Below, piece by piece: positions 39,679-49,716 of a stretch of DNA of 64,000 nt. The position numbers were made by a program, and so were the translations under genes. Source of the stretch: Octopus bimaculoides (lineage: Eukaryota); NCBI RefSeq assembly GCF_001194135.2, contig NC_068997.1, forward strand, positions 29,092,505 to 29,156,504, in the 5' to 3' direction. Every line of letters begins with the position of its first letter. The first letter of the stretch is position 1. The notes under the pieces are model-generated. The model ran no database searches and was not told the origin of the DNA. It saw nothing but the letters and a program-made list of their open reading frames with translations.

Positions 39679-40171
39679 CGAGGATGAGACAAAAAAAGTA
39701 ATGCCATTTTGTTTAGGACAGGTATAATTATCAACACAGGAACATGTATCATGCATCAAAATGAAGCTGGTCCTCTGTGGATCACATCCCTACTTCTCAG
39801 TATAATCACCGTTTCTCTTAATAGCAATGTTCCACCTTTGAATGAGAGCATGTATCCCTGCCCCGTAAAATTCTGTTGACTGTTCTTCTTCACTACAGTT
39901 TTCACTTCCTCATCACTGGACTATCATCTCTTCAGCCCCATGAAAGAGGGTTTGAGAGGCAAACATTAACAGTCAACATAATTTTATAAGGCAGGGATAC
40001 AAGCTCTCATTTGAAGGTGGAACATTGCTATTGAGAGAAATGGTGACTATGTTGAGAAGTAGGGATGTGATCCACAGAGGACCAGCTTCATTTTGATGTA
40101 TGATACATGTTCCTGTGTTGGTAATTAAACCTGTCCTAAACAAAATGACATTACTTTTTGACTCATCCTCA
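39679..40171. mobile_element. Palindromic non-autonomous mariner (Tc1/mariner) derivative with ~205-bp inverted arms, TA-flanked
   Basis: TA|CGAGGATGAG... and ...CTCATCCTCA|TA ends; arms 39679-39884 and 39968-40171; each arm encodes a mariner transposase C-terminus (FYGAGIHALIQRWNIAIKRNGDYTEK* and FYKAGIQALI*RWNIAIERNGDYVEK*). Confidence 0.88.
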
Positions 40172-41323
40172 TATTTAGAATGTATTGAAAAATAGAATAA
40201 ACTGCTTAAAACTTTGAAATACATGTCCTGTATATCCTGAAAGTTTTCTAACATCAGTAGCTTCTTCAAATTTTATTCTAAAAGACTTAGAAAATTTTTT
40301 TGTAAGTACATTGAAGCAATCATCTAAATTCTATGTGGCTGTGTGGTAAGAAGCTTGTTCCCCAACTACATAGTCCAACCCATGTTAGCATGGAAAGCGG
40401 ACATTAAACGATGATGACATGACAGGCTTCTTTCAGTTTCTGTCTTGCAAATCCACTCACAAGGCTTTGGTTGGCCTGAGACTATAGTAGAAGACACTTG
40501 CCCAAGGTGCCGCGCAGTGGGACTGAACCTGGAACCATGGGGTTGGTAAGCCAGCTGCTTACCACACAGCCATTAAATATCCATGATGACTGATCTTACC
40601 AATCGGTTTCCTGTAAAGAATACAAGGAAGTGTTAGGTAACAAACTGATTATATCCCCTTCCGTATCGGCTAACTATGAGCGTAAAGTTATATAATTGGT
40701 TTGTTATCTAACACTCTATTGTATTCTGTCTGCAAAACTGATTGGTAAGACTAGCCGTGATGGATATCTAATACTATACATTTCAGATAATATACACATT
40801 CTACTGACAGTTGTACAATATTTTTACTCAATAAGTACAATAGAATGCACTGTCAGTGGTGGTATAGGGCATCGAACATGCCAAATAATCTTTTACTTAT
40901 TGAGATAAGATGAGAAGAATTCAGTTTCTTCTATAAACAAAAAAAAAAAGTCTATTTCCTCTATGACATTACTTAGTAATGAAACTTTTTGCAAATGTTT
41001 ATCAAGTAAAGTCAATGCAGAAGGAAGATGTGTGATTCCTTTCTAAAATATGAGGCTATTTTATGACCTAAACGCAATACCTCCTAACTATACTGTAATG
41101 ATATTTAGTATTTATTTCAAATTTTCTTTTCTTTTCTTTTTTTTTTTTTANNNNNNNNNNAAAATATATTTCCACACTACTCTGAGAATTATCATTTTTT
41201 TTTCAAAAATCTATTTTCAAATTTCAGACTAAAATGTCATCCAGTATTTTTAATATCATTTGTCTAGTTGGTTTGGTTTATTTAGCTGTCTACATAATTT
41301 TGAAATTATCTTTTTCCTTCCAG

Positions 41324-41367
41324 TCCTTCCTGCTGTTGTGGACAGGTTAGGAGATGCTAAAGACCAA
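41324..41367 (+). CDS. CLASP: CLASP coding exon 3 ((V)LPAVVDRLGDAKDQ), 44 nt, phase 1 to 0
   Basis: ttccttccag| acceptor, |gtgagt donor; DRLGDAKD motif. Confidence 0.95.
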
Positions 41368-43170
41368 GTGAGTAACAGTTTTATTTCTAAGAATTTCTTG
41401 ATGTTCATACACTTTCTGTGTCTCTCCGTCTTTGAAACGTAGTTTATGACATTTGCATCAGAGAACAGCAAAGTTTTTAAATTGATAACCTGATTCTTAT
41501 TTCAAATTATGACGTGCAGATTTGATTAGTAATATCATACAGAGAAAGTAATGACAAACAAAAAATTGAACTGCTAAGTGTTAATTTAAAAAAAAAAAAA
41601 GAAAAAAGAAAAACACAATTTTCCAGAAACAAAAATGATCAGGCTTGGCTGATAATTTTTTGGGTTGTACAGCACCATTGGCAGCTGTTTTCTTGGATTG
41701 ACCCATACCTTGTGAGTAGAATTTGGTTGACAAAAATTGTGCAGAAAGTCTCCCTGGAAACTGTTGTGTATGGTGTATTATTTAATGCCTTGTAACTTTG
41801 TGGTTCTGCAAGTAGAAATCAATGAAGCCTGTACCAGACCGAAATATGTGCTGGTATTGATGAAGGCAGTGCCCCAGTATGATTGCATTTCAATTACTGA
41901 AGCCAGTAAAAGTATAAAAGTGCAAAGTGGTTGGCATTTGGAAGGGCATCCAACTGTAAAAACCATGCTAAAGCAGACAGTTTGGCATAGTCTTCTGCCT
42001 GGCCAGTTCCTGTCAAGCCATCCAACCCATGCCAGCATAGAAAATGGATGTTAAATGATGATAAATAAAAAAAGTCTAAATAAATAAACAAAACAAAACA
42101 AAAAACAACCTTCATTTCTATAATGACTTCAGCAGAATTTGTAGTGTTGTGGTTTTCATGACTTATAATTAATTTTTGAAATAGAATTATGAGGTAGCGT
42201 AAGTCTGAACTCAGTCACAAGAAAACAAGTAGTAAAACCACGTGTCCTTTAGACTGTTGCTTGTTGTAGTATAACAGAAAAAGACATGATTGTTGTTAAC
42301 ATGTTCACTTCACAATTACATGGGTCTGGGGTTAACTGCATTGTGCAGCACATTGTGTTTTAGTTTAGCCTTGGATTAAACAAAAATTGGGTCGACGGAC
42401 TGTATCTGATTTTGGGTAGGGACCTTAATATCTGCTTTTAATATCACTGTATGACCCTTGGGTTTCTTTTTGTGCAGTTCATTCTGGTGCAGTGATTTGG
42501 ACAAAGTCTTGTGATGTGTGAAAATATTTTGGAAAGGAATGTTCATAATTAATAAATAGTGTGTTTTCTCTTTTTTTCCTTTCTTGCACTTCATGCGTTC
42601 TACTTCTGGGATTACCACATGTCAGATCAAAAAATGTTTGGTGTTGAAAACTAAAGGATAGAAAACTGCAGAACAACCTGATATCTTGTTAAAGGCTGTC
42701 AAAGATGTAATGTTATTTAAAGAAGTCTTGCTTCTGCCGTCTCCGATTGATCTTTCACAATCTTTGGAAGCAGCTCAAAATTATTTCTTATTGACTAGAA
42801 GGAACAGAGGAGTTAACAGAAGTGTTGTGGCTATAGATTTCTTTGATTGGCAGAAATCCAAAGAAGGCACAGTAGAAGTGACCATTGTTTGCCAGGAATA
42901 TTTCATGCTAATATCATTAGTTATCAAGGTAGAGATATAATCAAGATGGGAAAATATAGATGAGATAGAAAAAAATCTCCACTGAGAAATGTTATTCTGC
43001 AGACTTGTAAGCTATCCAAGCTAGCGTCAATAAACATAACTTTTTTGTTTTTTTGTTAAAGTGATTGTAATTTACTAGTTTTGTTGTTTTAGCATTTTGT
43101 GCTTAAGTTGTTAATGCATCTACTTTTGTGCTACGATGTCCTTGCAAACTAGTTAAAATTAGAAAAGCTA

Positions 43171-43345
43171 GGGTGGTAAGCTGGCAGAATCATTAGCATG
43201 CCGGACAAAATGCTTAACAGCATTTCGTCCATCTTCACATTCTGAGTTCAAATTCTTCTGAGGTCGATTTTGCCTTTCATCCTCTCAAGCAGTTGACTTA
43301 ACTCCTTCCCTAAAATTGCTGGCCTTGTGCCAAAATTTGAAGTCA
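43171..43345 (+). mobile_element. SINE family C copy (others ~17260-17450 minus, ~36790-36935, ~51830-51960)
   Basis: Homology to 45921-46143. Confidence 0.78.
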
Positions 43346-43458
43346 ATATTATAAAACCTGTTTGTGGTCTTGATACAGAAAGTAAAACTGAATAATCCCT
43401 TTTCTCAAAACCAATGGGGTTAGTTATTTGAATGCCTTAAATAGCCTTATCTTTTTAA

Positions 43459-43660
43459 CCCTTTCGTTACCAAACTGGCTCTGGCTACAAATGTCTTGTT
43501 TCCATAAGTTTTAAATTAAAATCTTCCACCAAACCTTAGTCACAATTTATGTTACTAACACTAGCTGAATGGTAACTAAATTATTTTACTAAATTCTTTG
43601 TTATATTTCAAGTAATTGAAAGAAACAGAACATCTCAAAATAAAGACAGTAACGAAAGGG
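43459..43660 (+). mobile_element. piggyBac-type MITE family 2 (12-bp TIR CCCTTTCGTTAC), TTAA-flanked
   Basis: TTAA|CCCTTTCGTTAC...GTAACGAAAGGG|TTAA; near-identical to 45521-45736. Confidence 0.85.
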
Positions 43661-43751
43661 TTAAACAATCAGTTTTTTTCTCCCCCTTTTAACTTTGTAT
43701 TCTGTTTGTAATTATTTGTTACTATAAACCTGAATCAATTAATTTCAACAG

Positions 43752-43811
43752 GTTCGTGATCAAGCTCAAAAATTGCTGTTGAAACTGATGATGCCGGCAT
43801 CATCCCCACAG
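43752..43811 (+). CDS. CLASP: CLASP coding exon 4 (VRDQAQKLLLKLMMPASSPQ), 60 nt
   Basis: caacag| acceptor, CAG|gtaaga donor; matches recalled VREQDQTLLLKIM...NPQ. Confidence 0.94.
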
Positions 43812-44258
43812 GTAAGATTCAAGGAACCCTTTTCTTTTTTAATTTTTCCTTCTTATACAAAAGTATAATTTTTGTTCTTGGTGATGTACCGTTCTTGTGG
43901 AGATCAGTTAAGCCAAGTGAAACTGCAGTTGCAGTTGATGCCAGTATCAGATCTATGGCACTCATGCCAGTGACACATAAAAAACCACTCACTCCACTCT
44001 CAGAGTGGTTGGCATCAGGAAAGCCATCCAGTCGTAGAAACCTTGTTAAAGCAGATTGGAACCTGGTACTTTACTGTAGAATCCATTTTCTTGATATTTT
44101 AATGTATCACAACCAGCCTTATTTGGCACAAATATTCTACTTCTTTTAAGGTCAAAGTGGCTAGATTTGGTTTCTCACACCTACTTGTTTCTGTATATAT
44201 GTTGCAGGAAAAATAATTATGTTTCTCTTAATTTATACTTGTTTATCTTTCATTTCAG

Positions 44259-44350
44259 TATGTTTTTGAACGAATTACATCATGTTTTACCCATAAGCTC
44301 TGGCATGTAAGGGAAGGCATCCTTGTTTGCCTACAAAATACAATAAATAC
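44259..44350 (+). CDS. CLASP: CLASP coding exon 5 (YVFERITSCFTHKLWHVREGILVCLQNTIN-), 92 nt, phase 0 to 2
   Basis: catttcag| acceptor, |gtgagt donor; matches recalled YVWDRM..FKHK...REGICLCL. Confidence 0.95.
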
Positions 44351-45432
44351 GTGAGTGTTCCATTCTTTTTCTCTGTTTTACCTTGTATTCAAAGCTCAAA
44401 TGTTATTTCATTTATGTCAATAGCCAACTGTGATCTGATAAGTTTTTAACATGAAACCAACAAGTATGGTTAAGTACAAATCACAAGAAGGTTGTTCCAG
44501 TCAGAACACTTGAGGCAATGTGCACACGTGCATATGCAAACAACACAGTTTCTTTTAAAGAATTTTTTTTTATATTGAAACTGAAGCCGAGAGTTTGTTT
44601 CATGACTCGAATTCCACACCACAAGCCTGTAAATATGCACTGCAATGTTTGTATGTTTAGGTGTAACTTTTGAAGTGTTATGGCTGTACATATGTGTAGT
44701 GCTGTTTACTTTTTTGCTTGCTTGTATAGACCTACATTGATTGTCAAAGAGGGAGAACTTGGCCTGACATTAATATTACAAGATATGTCAATGGCTAGTT
44801 TGTCATAGTAGGTATAATGGTTAAATAAGCACCAGATGTAATTGATTCCATTATAATCAGCTATACTCGCTAATTACTGACTGAAGGCAGTAAAATAATT
44901 TTGTCTGACATCTGGTATTTCATTTAAATATATCGTGTGTATCATATTGTACACTTATACATGTTTGTATTCTGTCAATTTTTCTATATTTGGGAATTCT
45001 GACCTCTACAAACTTGCCTTTCTCTTTAGTCATTGCAAAGTTAGCTGCCCTTGTTTGTTTTCTATGGATTGCAATTTTCCAGCCGTCTCTTTTACTGTTC
45101 TGTCTTCTCTTACCCAATTTTTGGACTCTTTATTCCTGGCTGTTGTTGATCTACTAAATTTTCAAAGGGAAAAGGCCAGTTATTGTTAGGAGAAATTTTG
45201 TTGCCTTAATTAAGGTTCTGTGGCTTGAAGAAAATAAGTTAATTCTAACAAGACAAAATTGGAAGTACTTGAAAAATAGATTACTTGCTTGGGATAGAAA
45301 AAACTATTTTTTTCTCAGTATAATATATTAGGTAAAGAAGGTTGGTGTTTTCCTTGTTAGATGATGTTTTGCAATTGTGTGTCTTACTATACTTTCTTCA
45401 TGTATTCACAATAGATATTTCTCTTGTTGCAG

Positions 45433-45508
45433 GTATGGTGCTCGCAGTTTACAATTGAATAAAGCAGTACCATCCATAATCAAATTGCTGGAAGATCAAA
45501 ATGCTCAG
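45433..45508 (+). CDS. CLASP: CLASP coding exon 6 (-YGARSLQLNKAVPSIIKLLEDQNAQ), 76 nt, phase 2 to 0
   Basis: ttgttgcag| acceptor, CAG|gtgagt donor; HEAT-repeat motif L.K.VP.I..LL.D.N.Q. Confidence 0.95.
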
Positions 45509-45520
45509 GTGAGTTATTTA

Positions 45521-45736
45521 CCCTTTCGTTACCAACCCAGTTGAAACTGGCTCTGGCTACGAGTACAAATATCTTGTTTTCATAAGTTCTGAATTAAAAT
45601 CTTCCATCAACCTTAGTCCCAATTTATGTTCCTAACACTAGCTTAATGATAACTCGGTTGTTTTACAAAATTCTTTATGTTTAAAGTAATTGAAAGAAAC
45701 ACAGAGTATCTCAAAATAAATACAGTAACGAAAGGG
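45521..45736 (+). mobile_element. piggyBac-type MITE family 2 copy, 12 nt downstream of the exon 6 donor
   Basis: Same TIRs; left site TTTA, right site TTAA. Confidence 0.85.
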
Positions 45737-45920
45737 TTAATGGGATTACTTTGTTCAACTAACTATGCTTTAGTACAAAAATTGAGAGGGTTATGGTTTT
45801 AGGAAGCCATTTTCTCCAGTGTTAATATATCACAAACAGTTTGTTCTACTTCATTGTAGTATAGCTAGTACAGGATAGGTACCAATCCAAATTTATTCTT
45901 ATACAATATTCATACTAATT

Positions 45921-46143
45921 GTGAAGGCAGTGAGCTAGCAGGATCGTTAGCATGCCGGGCAAAATGCTTAGCAGTATTTCGTCTGCCTTTAGGTTCTGAG
46001 TTCAAATTCCGCTGAGGTTGACTTTGCCTTTCATCCTTTCAGGGTCGATTAAATAAGTACCAGTTACGCACTCCGACTTAATCTCTTTGTCTGTCCTTGT
46101 TTGTCCCTTCTATGTTTAGCCCCCTGTGGGGAATAAAGAAATA
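45921..46143 (+). mobile_element. tRNA-derived SINE family C with 16-bp target-site duplication
   Basis: GGCAGTGAGCTAGCAGGATCGTTAGC...GAGTTCAAATTCC (B box); TSD AATATTCATACTAATT (45905-45920) / AATATTCGTACTAATT (46144-46159). Confidence 0.85.
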
Positions 46144-46346
46144 AATATTCGTACTAATTCTGATGAATTGTATGTTTCAGCCTTAATCACATAGACTTAA
46201 AGATTGGAAGACTTAAAGTTTTTTTTTTTTGGTCAGTCTGACATGTCCTTAGTGGTAGGTTAGTTAAAAGAATCTCATTGCTCGTTTTGTGAAGTGTAAC
46301 ATTTCCTTTGCAAGATTCACTGCAAAATAGTTTTTGCAAAAAAAGG

Positions 46347-46941
46347 AAAGGTAGAGGGAGACCCAGGAAGACACAGGATGAGGTGGCGAAGCATGACCTT
46401 CGAGCATTGGGCCTCGCAGAGGCAATAACAGGGGACCAAGACCTCTGGAGGTATGCTGTGACTGAGAGGACCTGGCAAATAAAGTGAGTTCACAGCTGTA
46501 ACCTACACCAGTGTCATGTAACCAGCCCACTCAAAAGTACCTTGGATTGTAGGGTGACCTGCTGTGTTTGAGGAGACCTATTGAGTCAAGTATATCAACA
46601 TCAAAATCAAATGGAAATTGTAGTTGTGACCCCTGTACTGAAGGCATGTAAAAAGCACCATCCGAGCCTGGTCAGTGCCACCTTGACTGGCTTCCATGCC
46701 GGTGGCACATAAAAAGCACCATCCGATCATGGTTGATGCCAGCTCCTCTGGCCCCTGTGCCGGTGGCACATAAAAAGCAACCACTACACTCCTTGAGTGG
46801 TTGGTGTTAGGAAGGGCACCCAGCTGTAGAAACGCTGCCAGATCAGATTGGGGCCTACTGCAGCCTCCTGTCTTCCCAGACCCCAGTCGAACCGTCTAAC
46901 CCATGCCAGCATGGGAAACAGACGTTAAATGATGATGATGA
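46347..46941 (+). mobile_element. 5'-truncated RTE-clade LINE: ORF C-terminus plus 3' UTR with tandem repeats and (GAT)n tail
   Basis: 46347-46487 reads KGRGRPRKTQDEVAKHDLRALGLAEAITGDQDLWRYAVTERTWQIK* (RTE-like RGRPRKTW...DL...DR..WR); ends GACGTTAAATGATGATGATG. Confidence 0.8.
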
Positions 46942-47040
46942 AAGGAAGGGAATGTATTTTTTGATAAATTTGTAATTGTTGCAGAAAACAATTGTAGTTT
47001 ATCCTTAATAATTTCGTGTCTATACATATATACTACACAG

Positions 47041-47138
47041 GTTCGGGAAGCAGCTATTAGTACTCTTGTTGAAATTTACCGTCATGTTGGTGAGCGTGTA
47101 AGGTATGACTTGGCTAAGAAGGAGCTGCCACCTGGAAA
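47041..47138 (+). CDS. CLASP: CLASP coding exon 7 (VREAAISTLVEIYRHVGERVRYDLAKKELPPG-), 98 nt, phase 0 to 2
   Basis: tacacag| acceptor, |gtaagt donor; LVEIYRHVGERVR hallmark. Confidence 0.97.
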
Positions 47139-47893
47139 GTAAGTAACATAATTATTTATTCATTTAAAATTTCTTATCACTTGCTTTTGCTTTCTTCCAT
47201 ATTTTTTTGTCTTACTGGTGTCACATGAATTTTTAAGTGCTATTTTTTTTTTTAAGAGATCCAGCAAATTGGCCTCAAAAAATACTTTTTTTTTGATAAT
47301 GTATACTTTTTACTTACATTCCTATGTACTGATGTGTGTGTGTGTGTGTGTGTATATGCACATAATGCATATAGCATATATATTCTAGTAGGAGTGTTGG
47401 CGTCAACATGTGCACCCCCCCCTCTCTCTCAATTTGTTCAAACGCTCATGTGTATGTATATGGATGGTTAACATACAAAGAGGGTTTTCCTCAAGATAAA
47501 TGTCCTTTCTGATGAGACAGTTTTCTAGAATGAAGTTCTTTTTTTTTCCTTCTTTTCCTGCTATTCTGTAGGCACAGGCATTGCTTTGTGATTAAGAAGC
47601 TCAGTTTGCAAGGAGAAATATTGGAGTTTTTATGTTTTCATCAGATTAACTGATTGGAACTGCGAATCGTCCATTAAACTTCTCTAAAGAAAGCACTGAC
47701 TTTCACAAAAAAGTAGGCCTTTTATTTGGCAAGTTAAAAGAAAAGTTCTTGGCTTGAGTTTTTAACTGATTGGGTATAAGCTCTCAAGGAGGCTGATAGC
47801 ATTCAGTGTTTAGCAGTAGGAATGCTTGAGTCCACACTTTGACGCTAGGAAATCCATCTTTAACTACATATTATCATCAAGCTAGTTGTTTAA

Positions 47894-48107
47894 CCAGTTT
47901 GCATTTAAACTAGCTATAACCAGCTTATGTAATCTATTTGTTTCGTGTTCAAACTAGCTAGATCTAGCCTCTCGCACCTCCCCTACATTGTCATTTTTAA
48001 AATAAGCAATCACATCATTGAAATCTTGAAGTTCCCAGAGAATGCATGATTAATTCAAAACAATGTAAATAAATACAGAACATTTGAGACCAAGTAACCT
48101 GATTGGG
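47894..48107 (-). mobile_element. piggyBac-type MITE family 1 copy, degraded, reverse orientation
   Basis: TTAA flanks at 47890-47893 and 48108-48111; internal homology to family 1. Confidence 0.65.
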
Positions 48108-49451
48108 TTAAGTCTTATGACTGAAGAAATCAAATTGTTATACTGAGTTACTGAACTTGCAATCATCTGGTGATGGAAGCCTGTAATCTTAATGAAAATG
48201 TGAGATATTTCACATAAAATCTAATCAAAGTTTGATCTGAGTATTTTTCTGTTTGCTTAAACCTTTTGACTATATTCTCAATGGATTTTACCGAAGGAAA
48301 AATTTCAACTACAGCTTCATTTCCTACATGACTTGTTCCGTTTCTTTTTCCCATCGGTTTATTCCTTTTTGTCTTATGAATGGCCACAGTACAAAGCATC
48401 AACTTATCTTACCCATTCTTCTGCCTCTGTGTTTAATGCATTAACTGTCCATATTTGTGTAAAAAAAAAAAAAAAAAAAACGGTTTTTGTTGCTTGTCTC
48501 TTGGTATCATTGTATTTGTTGAAATGATGACTCTTGAGTTACCTCACTTGAATCAAGTTTGTTGTCCATAGAACTTTTCCATTTCAGTGTTGTTTCCCCT
48601 TAGCGGGGTCTTTTTTTTAATATTAAATTTGGTCATAAAATTTCTTTGTCTGCTACACAAGGACATTATATTTTTAGGCCTCAAATTATAGTTACTAGTT
48701 CAGAATGCTTCTTTTAAGATGTTTTAGCTTCTCTACAAGTTATTCTTAATACCTGTTAATATTATACACTTCTTGATCAGGAAAGTCAAGGAGGGTATCC
48801 CTCTCTCTCCTTACCAGTTTTCTAATGTACAGCCAAGGCCTACACAATTCAAATATGTGATAGACCTGGTTTTAACAAAATTACTGATTGCCACGGCAAA
48901 TCTCTTAGATATTGTGATTGACTTTTGGTGAAGCAGGGAGTTCGACATTGCTGCCCCCTTTTGAGTTTCTTACTGTGATGTAGCTTTATCAGAAATCTTA
49001 GACAGCAGAGGGTCGAATGGTTTCTTGAAACCATCTACCCCTATTTTGTGTAGATCTCTCAGGTGTTTTGGCAAGGTATTACATAGCCATGGGCCTTTGA
49101 ATTCCAAGCTATTGCAGGGCACGGTCCTTACTGTAGATGGGAAACCTGGCAGCTATGGAACCATGCAACGGTGTCCTGTTTGGGGGAATGGTACAACTTT
49201 GATTCCAATGTTTGGTGCTATATGTATCTCTCTTTTATCTGTTATCTTTCACTTGTTTCAGTAATTTGACTGTGGCCATGCTGGGGCATTGCTTTCAAGG
49301 AGTTTGGTCAAATGAATTGACCCCAGGACTTTTTTAGAATTTTGTATTTGTTCTGTTGGCCTCTTTGCTAAACTGCTAAGTTGTGGGGATGTAGCCATGC
49401 CAGCACTGGTTGTCAGATGGTGGCAACAGAAGAACACACACACATATGCCG

Positions 49452-49716
49452 CCTGACTGGTCCCATGCTGGTGGCACGTAAAAAGCACCATTCGAGCATG
49501 GTCATTGCCAGTGCTACCTGACTGGCACCCGTGCTGGTGGCACATAAAAAGCACCTACTACACTCTCGGAATGGTTGGCGTTAGGAAAGGCATCCAACTG
49601 TAGAAACCTTGCCAGATCAGATTAGAGCCTGGTACAGCCTTCTGGCTTGCCAGTCCTCTGTCAAACCATCCAGCTCCATGCCAGTATGGAAATCGGATGT
49701 TGAACAGTGATGATGA
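49452..49716 (+). mobile_element. Family A element with 2 tandem units, abutting a reverse SINE-B tail (49225-49445)
   Basis: GGTGGCAC(G/A)TAAAAAGCACC twice; (GAT)n tail. Confidence 0.82.
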
